From contig OZ024741.1 in the NCBI GenBank assembly GCA_964016885.1, forward strand, positions 181,226,001 to 181,290,000: a stretch of DNA of 64,000 bases. The letters run 5' to 3'. A program made the position numbers and the translations under genes. Shown one piece after another: positions 24,839-40,587 of this stretch. Below the pieces are notes generated by a model. That model saw only the letters and a list, made by a program, of their open reading frames with translations. It made no database searches and was not told where the DNA came from. The stretch comes from Eledone cirrhosa (lineage: Eukaryota). Each line of letters begins with the position of its first letter. Positions within the stretch are counted from its first letter, which is position 1.

Positions 24839-25197
24839 TGGCAGTATCGGCAGAGGGTCGGAGGCCATGCTTTCCAGCATAGTTACGTCCCTTTACGGTC
24901 TGAGTTTAAATCCCGTCGAGGTTAACCTTGCCTTTCATCCTTACGGGGTCGATAAAATAAAGTACCAGTAAGGTACTGGGTAATTGCTGGCCTTGTGTCA
25001 TAAGTAGAAACAATTATTTTCTGGTAGTATCGGTAGAGGGTCGGAGGCCATGCTCTCCAGCATAGTTACGTCCCTTTACGGTCTGAGTTTAAATACCGTC
25101 GGGGTTAACTTTGCCTTTCATTCTTACGGGGTCGATAAAATAAAGTACCAGTAATGTACTGGTTAATTGTTGGCCTTATGCTAAATGTAGAAACAAT
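24839..25197 (+). mobile_element. Tandem pair of SINE family 1
   Basis: TGGCAGTATCGG A-box-like head, GTTTAAATCC B-box-like motif, GCCTTTCATCCTTACGGGGTCGATAAAAT core (resembles the Deu/Nin domain from memory). Confidence 0.85.
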
Positions 25198-25695
25198 ATT
25201 ATATTCTTTTATTCTTTTATCCTTTTGCTGGTTTCAAACATTAGACTGTGGTCTTACTGAGGGATGGCCTTGAAGGAATTTAGTCAATCATACCCACTCC
25301 AGTACATATTTTCTTTCAAGTCAGGTACTTATTTTATCAATCACTTTTTGTCGAACCGCTAAGTTACGAGAAATAAACACAGACACACAGAAAAATAACA
25401 AAACATACAAACGCACATATATAAACAACGGGCTTCTCCACTTTTCGTCTACCAAATTCCACAAGGCATTTGTCAAACCCAAGCCACGGTAGAGGACAGT
25501 TTCCGAAGTTACCACCCAGCGAGACTAAACATAGAATCACATGGATGCGTCACGAACTTTTAACCATGTAACAATGTCTGCATCTCTAGAAAGCTAGAAA
25601 GAAATACATTAAACATGTGAGACGTATGTCATACAAATTTATAGGTTAAAAGATACAGGGGTAAAATAAATAAATATATATATATTATATTATAG

Positions 25696-25783
25696 ATATC
25701 TGAGGACCTTGCGAATGCAGGGTCATGTTCGATCTGTAAAAGATCCTGCCTTGAGCTGATCGTCGAAGAAACATATGTAATAT
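25696..25783 (+). ncRNA. Hammerhead-like motif (type I, branched stem II, palindromic stem III)
   Basis: ATAT-CTGAGGA-[hairpins]-GAAA-CATATG-TA-ATAT; (TA)n about 120 nt downstream. Confidence 0.55.
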
Positions 25784-25899
25784 GTTATTGAATTGTGTTT
25801 TGATGCATCACTGATTTCTCGTTATCTATAAGCTCTGCGCGAACATCGAGTGTTCAAACGGCATACCGCCCACGGACGCATATATTGCAACCATACAAA

Positions 25900-25979
<80 letters not shown>

Positions 25980-26006
25980 AAATGTGGAGAGGAGGCACAC
26001 GAGTTA

Positions 26007-26857
<851 letters not shown>

Positions 26858-26914
26858 TATAATACAATATAATATAATATAATATAATATAATATAATAT
26901 ATATATACACACAC

Positions 26915-27530
26915 ATATTGTTCTTGCATTACACAAAAATCATACAGTATCTATGCAATATCTAGAAAGGTTTTCTCTGAAGATGAAAATATTAAACATT
27001 AAAGCGAAGTGGAGACTATACCCTGACATAATATGAAAGAATACGCGTGAAATGTTTGTGTCAAAACTTCAGTAAAGTATAAGCTCAATAGACCAGATAT
27101 AATGATATGGGGCAGAGAAAAGAAAGCATGTACAGTAGGGAAAATCATCTGTTCAGCAGATGTTGATATAACATTAAAGATTAGTAAAATAGAGAACATG
27201 TACGCCGAACTAATGAGGAATCTACCGATACTCCAATCTAAGTATTGTTTTAGATTCAAACGTGTGATTATTGGGGTACTTGTTACTATCTATTTCATCA
27301 CAAATATTGAGGACCTGGAATTCCCCAAATGAGAAAGAGCAGGAGTAGTAAGGAATATAATGGTACGAGTTAATAATGGAATTGTGAAAATATGTAAAAC
27401 ATTTCAAAGGTTTAGTGTGTAATAACTGCATATATTCACGTAGATATAGAAACATATGTGTATGTGCACATATATAATTCAAAACGTACAGATCCACACA
27501 TGCAATGACGTCCATATCTGTACTCATACA
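26915..27530 (+). mobile_element. Decayed 3' end of an RLE-type (R4/Dong-like) non-LTR element
   Basis: NRPDIMIWGREKKACTV...ADVDITLKI..ENMYAELMRNL; homologous to 53342-53813 and 54452-54702. Confidence 0.8.
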
Positions 27531-28088
27531 TACATAATGGCTGCAAACTCTGCTAAGAGTACTGCAATTGCTTGTCAGATTATAGAGTTTGATGCACTTT
27601 TAGATTACGGCCAGCCACACGAACCTGTAATATATCCTGAACAAGCAATGCCTGTGCTTTGAAGGTTTTTTTAAGTGGGGAAAGGCCTTGCACTTGACCA
27701 ATCCCACTCTCTGAGCATCGTAAACACTACCCGAAAAGGAGAACTGGTCAACATCATCGGATGCTTCCGAAGCCGCAAGTTTTTTTTCAGAGTTTCCCTC
27801 TCCTAGAAAGGTGTTGTGATAACAACTGGGGGCATTTCACTCCCAGTTTTTATTTGGCCGTTTTATTTGGCCGTTGACTCTGCTGAGTTCCACCGCCCTT
27901 TTGCCGGGTCTTGTATTTCACCCGCAGGGTGTTCAAATATCACTCTCCTCACCAAGCAAGTTTCGTGGGGTTGCCGGTTTAGTCGCCCACGACCCGACCA
28001 TGGAACAGGTTGTATTGGGTTACATGTTACAGTAGCACTCGAGAGCAACCTGACATACATACATACATACAAACATACATAGATACAT

Positions 28089-28119
<31 letters not shown>

Positions 28120-28354
28120 TACAGACATAAATTGCTAGTTGGTGTTGTCTAAATTTCAATGAAAGAGTTTTGTTTCTGGTTTAAAACCGTCTCTCTATTG
28201 GTGATAAATAAAAAAAACCCCAAACCCCCAGAAAAATAAGCGCGAGCACCCCTCCCCCCACAAACACACACATAGAGCAGAGTCACCGCTTTTCTGGTGA
28301 CAGAACACACAAAGCCAAAATTGATACCCGCACAGTTATAACCCCGCTAACCCA

Positions 28355-28700
28355 CCACTCCTGGACTGGTACTTTATTTCTCGATCCCAAAAGGATGAAA
28401 GGTAAAATTAACCTCGGTGGAATTTGAACTAAGACCACAGAGGTCCGGAGCAAATAGGGAGGCATTTAACCAAACGCTTTAATGATGCTGTAAATTTGCC
28501 GCCTAATCTATCTTCTAACGGTTCTGCTAAAGAACTCGTTTTTAGCAGTCTATCATGGACACACTAGGCAACGAATTGGCAGAGTCGTTAGCAGGTCGGT
28601 AATCGTTTTGGCGCTTAACGTTCTCTCAGTTCACATCCCTCTAAGCTCAACTTTGCCTTTCATCCGTTCGAGGTCGATGAAAAAGGTACTAGTCCAGTAA
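28355..28700. mobile_element. Two diverged SINE family 1-like copies (minus, then plus)
   Basis: GGTACTTTATT..GGATGAAAGG on the minus copy; CTTTGCCTTTCATCCGTTCGAGGTCGAT on the plus copy. Confidence 0.6.
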
Positions 28701-30125
28701 AGTGGTTCAGATATGGAGAGGAGGTGGGCTCTACAAGATTTCAAATATCCAAAATAGGCCGTGCGTCACGACGGCACACAGACGACTCCACCAGTTATTG
28801 CACACCGACGACTCCATCAGGTATTGCACACAACAACAAATTCGCTAAGGTGATTATATCAAACCTAGTTCTTGACTGGTACTTTTTTTTCTCGAACCCT
28901 AAAGGATGTAAGACAAAGTTGAAGTTAATGGGATTTGAAAAATACTTGGCTGCTGTTTCTTGCAAATCGAGTGACCGTTAAAAAAGATCCAAGATTATTT
29001 CTTTGTCGTTGTGTGTATCAAGCATTTTTATTCCTCACATAAAATATAAATCTTATTCTGCTTGATATGTCAGACATTTTTTTATTTTTATTTTCATTTC
29101 TTTTTAGCTGCCAGCTTCAGGAAATTATATAAAATCACATATATAAATTATAAATGATTATTATAAATTACATATGAAAAATCATAACTATAGTTGAAAT
29201 ACTTACCCCGCCTTAACATATGTAGTTTATCACTTTTCAATTACCATGGGGGCAAAAACATATTTTAAGAAAGAAAAAACAAAAAAACAAAAATAAATGA
29301 TAACACAGACGCATGTAAATCGTACACACGCATATATATATATGTTGATATGTTTGTATTTATGTCTAATGCTTGTGTGTATATGTGTGAGCGTAGCAGG
29401 CTTAAAAGCATGATTCTTTTGATAGTATTTCTCGGACACGAGTGGCCAGCTTTCACACACCCACACACACACACACATATATATATATAATAACTAGAGA
29501 TTGATTAACATATAAAAATACATGAATAATCACAGGAGATAATTCATGCTTGCGTGTAACCGCGCATAGTTAGTTTAGGCAATATTTACCTTTAAAAGTG
29601 ATTAACATTCCTTGTATATATCCCATTAAAGAAATATATTTCACCAATTAATCAGATGGTAAGTCACGAAAAGTGGATATTATTGGATTGTCAACAAGGA
29701 ATTGATAATAAATCCAGCTATTCGAGCTTACAGGGCGAGATCAAATCTTCAACTATCCGTTACCACGTGTTGCGTCCACACAAGATAGCGGTTTCGTTTC
29801 AGTGGCGTGAAAAGGTTTTCGACAACTAGAAATAGCAGTTAAAATTCTTCTCAACAGAAATAGCTCTACAAATAAGGAGCCGTATATATATATCTAAGTC
29901 CAAAATTAAGATAAATCATTTAAATGAATTTAATCTAAATCGAAATCATGGGTATCATGACAAAAAGCATGCTGATAATGAGGGTTTAGCCCTTGATGGA
30001 CTGGCGTCCTGTTCTGGGGAGAGTCTTGTACTCTCAGTCACTTCACGCCATGAAATCGAGATAAGCACCGGTTAAATGAGCCTTCTGCCTTAAGACAGAC
30101 AGACTTTAATATATATATATACATA

Positions 30126-30169
<44 letters not shown>

Positions 30170-30223
30170 CAAATTTTAGCACAGCATCAACGAAGCCATG
30201 GTTGCAGCCAAGCTAACGAATGC

Positions 30224-30342
30224 AGTTTCGGTGTTCAGCTAAGCACTCAATAGGGAATATTACCCTAGAGTTATAACATTACGTTTAGACAGCTTTGCAA
30301 ATCAAATATAGCGACCGATAGACGGGCCGCAGTGACTATAAC

Positions 30343-30405
<63 letters not shown>

Positions 30406-30527
30406 GTCGTTATGGTCACTGCGGCCCGTCTATCGGTCGCTATATTTGATTTGCAAAGCTGTCTAAACGTAATGTTATAACTCTAGGGTAATATTCCCTA
30501 TTGAGTGCTTAGCTGCACACCGAAACT
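30224..30527. repeat. Inverted repeat (~123-bp arms, 2 mismatches) around a (CA)n(TA)n loop
   Basis: 30224-30346 versus 30405-30527; the arm is related to 46515-46549 plus 46737-46780. Confidence 0.9.
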
Positions 30528-30539
30528 AATAAATACCAA

Positions 30540-30975
30540 ATAGCTAAACAATATAAATAATGAAGGCAAAGAGATCGCTAAACACTTAAAAATAGATAAA
30601 CGAACAGAAAGATTAGCCAAATGTAGTGCTTTTATCACTTTCAAAAATCATAAAAATGACTTTAATAATAGTTGCAGTCCAATAAACCCCACTAGAACCG
30701 AAATAGGACTAGCCAGTAAGAAGATCCTAAGGGATATAAATAAACGTATAAAGACCAACCTATAACAGTGAATTAATACATCTTCAGCAAAATCTTGGTT
30801 TAAGAATATCTCTGATAAAAATGAAAGCTAAGTTCACTCAATTTGATATCACTGACTTCTACCCCACTATTTCCGTGCACTTTTAGATAGAGCTTTACAC
30901 TTTGTTCGTGGATACTGGCCGCTATTAATGACCAAGAATTAGATGTAATTATGTACGCTAGAAAAATACTACTTC
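30540..30975 (+). pseudogene. Decayed Penelope-like RT fragment
   Basis: Hand translation: INNEGKEIAKHLKIDKR..AFITFKNHKNDF..INPTRTEIGLASKKIL..WFKNI..QFDITDFYP. Confidence 0.75.
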
Positions 30976-31186
30976 AGGTTGATTGTCGTTATGTCCCGAC
31001 AAGAGCAGGACGAGCATATTTCTTCAGGTGCCTGGAAACTTTCCTACGAACGTCCCGCTTTTTAGTGTTAGAATAGTTTAGGAAGGAAGTATAAAACCTT
31101 TGTTTATTATACAAACTAAATGATGTACGTTACTTCATCCATAGACATCACCCCCCAGGATATCAATATATTCTTACCTACCTTCT

Positions 31187-31308
<122 letters not shown>

Positions 31309-31951
31309 TTGTCAAACCATAAACGTATGTATGTATGTATGTCATTTTATGTTATGTTGTGAAAGGGCAACACACAATCTAGACTTAAGAAAACTAGAAT
31401 GGCCCACAAATCATACGAAAGAAAGACAGACAAGAAAAGAACAGCAGCAAAGAAAGAACAGCAAAGCGTATTAGAAGCAAACTCAGTCAAATAATATGAA
31501 AGAAACGAAGCAAACCAAATTGCAAATGGCCGCCTGAATCTTCTCTAACGTGTTCATTTCCATAGCAACGATAGGACATGCAATCTGCTACACCTCATTC
31601 TTTATGTTTAACATTCTATTCGGTGAAACGAAAAGTAAAGCCACCAATAATAGTCATTTCTCTTTTATCTACTGCTTCAATAGAATTTTCTCTCATTTGA
31701 ATTAGGAAATTTCTTCATTTACATACTTTCTGTCATTTGCCTTCACCACCATCCATCTTTTATTTACTTTACACACATTAGTCTTTTCTTTAAATATCTA
31801 TCTTTCTCTCCGTTCATCTTTTTTTTGCATCTGCTGAACAAATTTTACATACATACATACATACTTACATACTTACATACATGTATATATGCAGACATGC
31901 ATGTATGTACGTGTATATCTATCTATTTATCTATTTATACAAATGTATCTA

Positions 31952-32042
<91 letters not shown>

Positions 32043-32579
32043 AATCCCATCTCTTCCTTTTGCTATTTCCACCTAACTCTTCTTAATATTTATTTCTTAT
32101 TTCTTCTTTTCTTTTCGCATTTAACATAGTTCTTCTCAATCTCTCGTTTATTTCCTTCCAGAGTTTTCTCTATCTATAAATGATATTCTTTCCGTTTTTC
32201 TATCTTTCACCTTCCTTCTTTGCCATATCTTTTCTTTCATCATCCTACATACACGATCATTAATTTACAATAATCTTTGCTACACTAAGTATTTTTCCAT
32301 CTCGTTTTCTCTGCATTATTTGTTGATCTCATTATATTTTCTACATTTGAATCCCAGTGTTATATATGGTTCGGAAAATTATTGCTTCTCCTCTTTTCGA
32401 GCCTTCTTCAAATGCAATTAATTTCTCCAAACAACAGTTTATGTACCACTAACTACCATTACCAACGCCAACACCAAGACAGCCATCACCGCAATCGCCG
32501 CAGTCGCCGCCACGTAAACTATCAACGACCATCACCAAAGCAAACTCTTCTGTAATTCTCTCTGTCTCTTTCTCTCTCC

Positions 32580-32633
<54 letters not shown>

Positions 32634-32636
32634 ATA

Positions 32637-32716
<80 letters not shown>

Positions 32717-33767
32717 ATATTAACAAATAGAAACTATATTTATAAAACCATATTTATTTCATTATACATATTTCAAGGGCCACCAAGGCAGATTATGGTG
32801 CGATTTCATCAGATAAAATATAATATAGATTAGTTTTATAAATAAATATTGACATACCCTGAAAAATGCAACCTTCACGATTGGAGTCTCCTGGATAGGA
32901 TATATATGTATATCACAACAGGATGTGGTCCACCCACTAGCCCGCATAACACTGGTATCGTTTGAATGCATTCTGTCGGTGTCACCGCTGTTGTGGTTGT
33001 TGTTGTTGGTGTCTCGGTGTCCGTCGTCATTGTAGCAACTATTACGGATTACATGTGAGGTAGCATGTCGAAGCCGGTAGTGGAGCAGATGTGACGGTGT
33101 CGTCGTACTTATTGTTGTTGCTGTCGTTGCTGTTGTTGATGTGGTTGCTGGTGTTGCTGCTGTTGTTGCAGCCGTCGTTACTATCACGCAGTCTGGGGCT
33201 GGGGTTACTTCTCCAGCAAACACCACACCCTACCTATGCTCATGTTTCTCAAAATGTGATAAAACTCTTCGCCACACATCCCACGTTGTTTTTTGGGTTT
33301 TTTTTTTTTACTTCAACAGCAATTAAAAAAAAAAAAAAAAACACTTTAGTCTTTATTGTGTTGTATCAGATGAAACAAGTCAGCTTGTAAGCGTGACCTC
33401 TGTTCTCTCTATATACAGGCAAATCAGGTGTCTACACTTCCCGAGAGGAGAATGTTTTGATTCTAATCTACGAATCGGGTGAGCAGATAGATACCAGAGT
33501 CAGGCCGGTCGTATCGATCATCTGTGAAACACGTATCATGTTCGATAATGAATAAAACTATTTCAAATTTAAACTTAGTTCTCTCTTGCACACACACACA
33601 CATACAAACACACGCATACACATACACACACATGCACACACACACAAGCACACACACACATATATATATATATATACACACGCACGCATATGCACACGCA
33701 CACGCACATATATATACACACGCACGCATATGGACACACACACATATATACACACACACGCATATGG

Positions 33768-33844
<77 letters not shown>

Positions 33845-35169
33845 CAAATGCGTCTGTATGGACAAAATATTGGTGACTTTTCGTCATTGTTACTTTAACT
33901 GCATCACCCTGGTTTCTGCTTGGCAGAGCTACAGTCAATCGTTAAAATTTACATAGATAAGTTAGGAAAGAACTGAGTGATTTTGTTCGTTGAAATTTAA
34001 TTTTGAAAGCCAAATGGAAGCTATAATAACGCAACTTGGCAGAGTGGTTTCCGATGTGTCAGATTAATTCGTAGTTCAATAACATGATTTCTACAATGTT
34101 CTTTCGTAACAATAGGATTTCCCGAAACTGCAATATTGAATTGAATGAACGGGCGTCGAATTTTGAGGTACAGAACAAATTTGGGATTTCCATGCACCGC
34201 TCAAGTTTCTATAAAACTCTGCCTGAGAGACATTCTTTTAACGTGGATCAAAGACAAACAATTGGCTTTTGATTCAATGAGAGAATCATTTATTTGAAAA
34301 TAAGCTAAAGCTAGGTTTCTTCATAAGTAGTATGGGAAAGATACTCATCGTAACACTGTTGATAGTGATGAAAGTATAGTAGAATTTTAAGTTAGCAAGG
34401 AATGGTATCTTTGGAAATAAGCCGATGAATGCCTTCTTCAACGTTTTTTTTAATATCAAACAGCTGGTTTTAGGATAGAAAACTGTTTCTTTGAACATGT
34501 ATATATTTATCTAATAACCTTCCATCAAAATTTCATATAAAATCCTATGTTAAGTTTAATGAAAAATTGAGATATATTACTAAATCAAATTTTTATAATT
34601 TTCAAAATTATTTGTAAAACAGGTAGTGCATTTTATTAGAAATATGGTAACAAAAGGGTGAAAATGTGACCCAAGAAGCTTTTAATTCTGCTAATTCTCC
34701 TGCCCACTTACAGAAGATCCTGATAGTCATCCTACAGGAAAACGGAATTGTTCTAAGAATTTTAGAAGACATGTTTTCTCTTCTTCTCCCCGTAACACCT
34801 TGCCATCCTCCACTTACATCTTATCGAACCCACAAAATATTCACATTTTTCAAATGTTAATTTATAAGTTTTATTATAAAAATTTAATTTTCTTAAAAAT
34901 ATTTAATTAATCTTCCTTTCATTTTCCAGATTATGTGTGTATTCATAATGTAATAACTAATTATTTATGTTATTTATCATGAAATAACATATTTAATTTG
35001 TTCTTCAAATGTCCGCTAGCTTTTATATCTTTGTGGGAGAGATATCTTTTAAGTGACGCTTCATGTATTACTTTTATTTATTTATTATTTATAATCATTT
35101 TATTATTATCACACTTACATGTTATTACATTATTTTATTATATACATTTATTTATTATTTATTATCTGT

Positions 35170-36152
35170 AGATTGGCAGAATCATTAGAGCATCGGACTT
35201 TGCCGCATTTTCTTACGGTCCTTTACGTTCTATATCCAAATACCCCCTGCAGTCAACGTTGCCTTTCATCCTTTCCGGGTCGATAACATATAGTAGATCT
35301 AGCCGACTTCCACAAATTGTTGGCCTTGTGCTTAGATTAGAAATCATTATGGATTGGCAGTATCGGTAGAGGGTCGGACTCCATGCTTTGACGCATAGAG
35401 TTACGGCCCTTGCCATTCTGAGTTCAAATCCCGCCGAGGTTAACTTTGCCTTTCATCCTTATTGTCACTTTATATACACCCTGAAAACTACAGCCGCCTT
35501 AAATCCGGAGCACAACCCAACGAGAGACGGACCCAGTAACAGCATCTAGTGCTTTGACCAACGTCACAGCTAGTAACTACACGTTACTCACATAATAAGA
35601 CACACACACACATATATATAAATTATTAGTACAGATTAAGAGTTTAAGCAATAAATTACTGCTTTGACCCTAAGCAGATCTTCTTATAATGGCAGTATCG
35701 GTAGAGGATCGGACGCTATTCTTTACAGCATAGAGTTACCACCCTTTACGGTCCGAGTTCAAATCCCGCCGAGGTTAACTTTCATCCTTACTGGGTCTAT
35801 AAAATAAAGCACCAGTAATACACTGGGATAATTGCTGGCCTTGTGCCAAAATGTAGAAACAATTATTGTTAAACTTTGCTTTCGTCCTTAAAATAAAATA
35901 CCAGTCCCGTACTGGGGTAGATGTAATTGACTCTCTCCTCCCCAAAATTGTTGGCCTTCTGCCTAAATCATTTGGCAGTATCGGTGGAAGGTCGGGCGCC
36001 ATGCTTTGCAGCATAGAGTTATGCCCCTTTATTGTCTGAGTACAAATCCTGCCGAGGTTCACTTTGCCTTTCATCCTTACAGGGTCGATAAAATAAAGTA
36101 CCAGTAATGTACTGGGATAATTTTTGGCCTTGTGCCAAAAGTAGAAACAATT
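35170..36152 (+). mobile_element. Cluster of about five SINE family 1 copies or fragments
   Basis: Repeated TGGCAGTATCGG heads (35355, 35690, 35973) and CTTTCATCCTT cores. Confidence 0.8.
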
Positions 36153-36539
36153 ATTATTATGGATTTCAAAACGATAGCATGCGTTTTTACTTCGCTTCAA
36201 AGGTAGGTCACTATTTGCCGGTTTAAACCCACTTTTGGGTAAAAAAAAAGACCCGTTTTGCTTTTTGTGATTTAAGAAACCCACTCCTATTATATGGGAC
36301 CGGTCGACCGTATTCATTTCTGCATTTTAGGGAAGAAATCACTGAAAAAAAAAATGTTTTAACTAAGTCAAACAAAATGGCGTCAAAATCTTCTCCACGC
36401 TTTCACTGTCTTTCCTTAAAAAACACTCACCAAGCATACGGCAACGAGGCGAAAAACAGCGAAAACCACAATAACAACAGCAGCAACAACGTCACTTATA
36501 CCAATTCCAACACCATTACAACAAAATAAATCATACAAT

Positions 36540-38090
36540 AATTAAAAGCTGATCTTACTGAGTTAAATGAAATTATTGACGCATCTGCTAAGGTAATTGA
36601 AACAAGATGTATGACTCCAAAGAAGGCCAAATGTAAGAAGAAAGCCACAATGGGGAGCTAAAATTGAAAATGCAATTGAATTAATGATAGGCGAAATATC
36701 AATATCAAATGAACTAATCTCTAGAAATAATCTGGAGATCCAGAAAAGGAAGAAAGTTGAAGAGAAAATAGGGATTTTTTATCAAGAGAAGAGCTGGTAT
36801 TAAATAATTAAAAGCTCAAAGAATACAAAGATTTTAGATGAGAAACAATTTTCACAAACAAAATAAGTTGTTCACACCCAAAGTCAAATAATTTAAAGAG
36901 AAATAGGGAAGGAGAAAATAACCACTGAAGACACCCCACTCCCATGGAAGAAATTGAATACTTTTGGAGAAAGATTTGGAGTGTTGAGAAGATATGCAAT
37001 GAAAATGTAGATTAGATTAGACGCACAGAAGAATCCTACAAACATTTGCAAGAAGAAGCACGGGAAGACATCTCAATAGCAGGTATAGGGATGACACCCA
37101 CAAAGATTCATAAGTGGAAATCTGATAAAGATACGATGCAAAATTTCTGGCTTCCATCAATCTCGTGCGTACACAAAAACTTAGTCCAGCTGTTTAATGA
37201 AATTATGAAAGATCCTGAAAAAATCCAAAGATAAAAAAAATATCAACCCATAACCTCTTTATCCAATACATATAATATTTTAACATCTATTCTCATAGAG
37301 AAAACATTTACAATTATGAAAGGGAACAATCTTTTCCCTATTTAACAAAAAGAAAGTGCCGAAGAGATTCATATGGATGTAAAGATCAACTCTTAATTAA
37401 TAGTATGATCCTTGAGAACTGTCATAGCAAGTGCAGTAAATCTAAGTTCCGCATGGATTGATTACAAAAAGACTTTCGACAGTATATCACACTCATGGAT
37501 ACTGTAATCGCTGGACATCTTCAAAATTTATAATGTAATTTCAAATTTTCTGAAATATAATATGTCATTGTGGAACACGAGTCTCTAATTATACCATTCC
37601 AAAGTTCATATAATGTTAACATCGACTGTGGTATTTTCCAAAGTGCCTCACTTTCATCTCTGATATTTTTCATAGCTCTAATACCTCTTACAATCGAAAT
37701 TAACAGAAGATACGGATATAAAATTGAAAACAGGAAAATAAGCCATCTATTTTATATGGATGACCTTAAACTATATAGCAAAGACAATGGTGAATTTAAA
37801 GGATTTTACGTACTGTGAAAGCACTCAGTGATGACGTCGGGATGAAGTTTAGGCTTGATTAATGTGTCAGGGCCACTTCCTAGAAAGCGAAGTTGATAAA
37901 CTCGAATTCAGTCGGACTGGTTGTTGAAATAATTATAAAAGAACTTGAACAGGAACAAACCTATACATATCTAGGTATAATAAATGAAGGCTTCAGCATT
38001 CAGCATGCCAGTATGGAAGAGAAGAAAACGGAAGAATGTTATAGGAGAGTACCAGCAGTTCTGAAATATGAGCTGAATGTACATAACAAG
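36540..38090 (+). pseudogene. Decayed R4/Dong-like RT region
   Basis: NFW, WIDYKKTFDS, GIFQSASLS, KISHLFYMDDLKLYSK, YTYLGI motifs with many stops. Confidence 0.8.
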
Positions 38091-38267
38091 GATTGTGTCA
38101 TGAAGATTTATATTATACTATAATACATCATTAAGTCTGGCTACATTTATACATAAAATCTCACAACACACACTCGGATACATATCCACATATGTATGGA
38201 TGTGATTATATTTATTTAAGGTATTGATGTTTCATTTTGATTACATCCAAGTTCGTCAATAACGTTT

Positions 38268-38477
38268 ATATATATATATATATACACATATATATGTATA
38301 TATATATGTATATATATGTATATATATATATATATGTATATATATGTATATATATATGTATATACATGTATATATATATATATGTATATATATGTATATA
38401 TATATGTATATATATGTATATATATATGTGTATATATATGTATATATATGTATGTATCTCTCTCTCTCTCTCTCTCC

Positions 38478-38512
<35 letters not shown>

Positions 38513-38590
38513 CATATATATGCATATATATACATGCATATATATGCATATATATACATATATATATACATATATATACATATATATGTA

Positions 38591-38665
<75 letters not shown>

Positions 38666-38790
38666 GTTTATATATGTATATATATATATATATATATGTA
38701 CGTATGTATGTATATATATATACACATGTGTGTGTGTTTGTGTTTCTGTATGTATATATATATGTGCATGCGTGTGCTGGTGCGCCTGTG
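38268..38790. repeat. Long interrupted (TA)n/(CT)n/(TG)n
   Basis: Direct reading. Confidence 0.95.
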
Positions 38791-39393
38791 TGTTTGCATG
38801 CTGAAAAAAAAATATTTGTAATTATAGCTGGAGGACATTTGAATTAATGAGATAACATGTTTATGGATATATTGCAACAGTAATAACACAATTAAAAATA
38901 TACAAAAAATATTTATTGCTTAATCATATATGGAATTGAAACAAAATGTATCGAATAAATCTAGTGATAAACAGATCAACAACCACGACAGGCGGATGCA
39001 TAACCTGGGAAAAATATAGTTAAATCTCCTTGAAAATACAGCCAGCCATCTTTAAAACCCTAAGACACATCACATAATACAGTTCAAGATGCGTTATGTC
39101 TGAAATATAAGATGGGATGTTCAAAACAGGAAAGCTTTTCATTATAGACCATAGCTGCTCTGAGATAAGAATGATATATTATACATACACAAACCATTTA
39201 ATCCTACACCATTAATAATATAATTCGAATTAAAACATACTTCTTTAACCTATTATTTTACTGACGTCAGTCTCTGGAGTGTAGTTATGCTGGGACCTGG
39301 ACTTGAAGAGATGTATTCGATAACATTTATCACAGTACTTTTTTAAGTTAAGTACTTTTTGATTGATCGCTTTTGACGAACCACAAATTTACG

Positions 39394-39435
<42 letters not shown>

Positions 39436-40556
39436 ATTATTATTATTATTATTATTAAAAATAGATATAACCTACAGTCAAGTTTAAACTGCTTTGATGG
39501 CAAAATGGGAAAATAAATCAAATGGTGTGTATTAGCTTTTGAAATATATCATCTCTTAGTGGACGGGATCATATCTTGATCGACAGGTATATTGGAGAAG
39601 TGGAAGAGGAGAGTGACTGCAAAATCAACAGTAAAAATAAAAAAAAGAAGACTCATCTAACTTCGCAAAAATTAACTCTAGTAAAACATACACAAGAAGG
39701 TAATACAACTGCTCTAATCCAAACGAATCCCTACTTAACAACTAATACCGTGAAAAACACTTTGTATACAAATGCATCATGGATTTCGTGGTGTCACAAA
39801 GGCCAATCTTCAATCCTTCAACATTAGTTCTGTAAACCGGAAATTGTAACTTTGAGGAGTGAATGGTGGTCAATAAATAGGTTAGGGAGGGGGGTTGCCT
39901 GCAATAAAAAAAATAGGATTACTCAACAAATGATGACGCAAAAACCCCCGAAAGCTGCGAGCTATTGACCTCCTATGTGATAGAGGGATCGATCAGATAT
40001 GATCTCACGTGCAGTATCTATCTATCAGTCAATCATGCGTGACTCTAATGGTTTCTTATTTAGGCATAATGCCAGTAACATTAGGGGAAGAAAAAGTCAA
40101 TTAAATGGATCTTAATTCTGGAATAGTACCTTATTTTATCCATCCTGGAAAGAGGAAAGATAAAATTCACTTCGGTGGGATTTGAAATAAGAATGTAAAT
40201 CTCATCTTATTTCAGCCGATCGAACCAGGAAAACAGACTCATTCTAGGCATCTTGCTCCACCATCACTCTTCATATATCCGATACAGTTTTCTGACAGGT
40301 ATCTTTTTGAGATATGTCAATAATGGCATATCATTATTAAGGCGGGATGGTAACTACATGATTTGTCGGTTGGAAACTAGATATGGCCGGAGGAAAATAT
40401 TGTGTTTACGTATCAGTCGCAATTTTATAACTTTAGCTATGTTAATATTACATTAAACTAATCATAACATGAGAGAAATGGTGTGTAGGCATGTCATTCT
40501 GTCTGTCTGTCTCTCTCTTTGCACCCCCCCCCACACACACATATATATATATATAT

Positions 40557-40587
<31 letters not shown>

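Noticed and set aside
32762-33390. Thr/Ala- or Leu/Val-rich ORFs as host exons
   Set aside because: Degenerate GTT/GCT trinucleotide sequence with no domain or consistent splice structure.
33460-33545. Stem followed by GAAA (similar at 23300-23335, 35630-35690, 41984-42030 and 51815-51900)
   Set aside because: Hammerhead cores are incomplete; they may be decayed PLE ends but cannot be supported individually.
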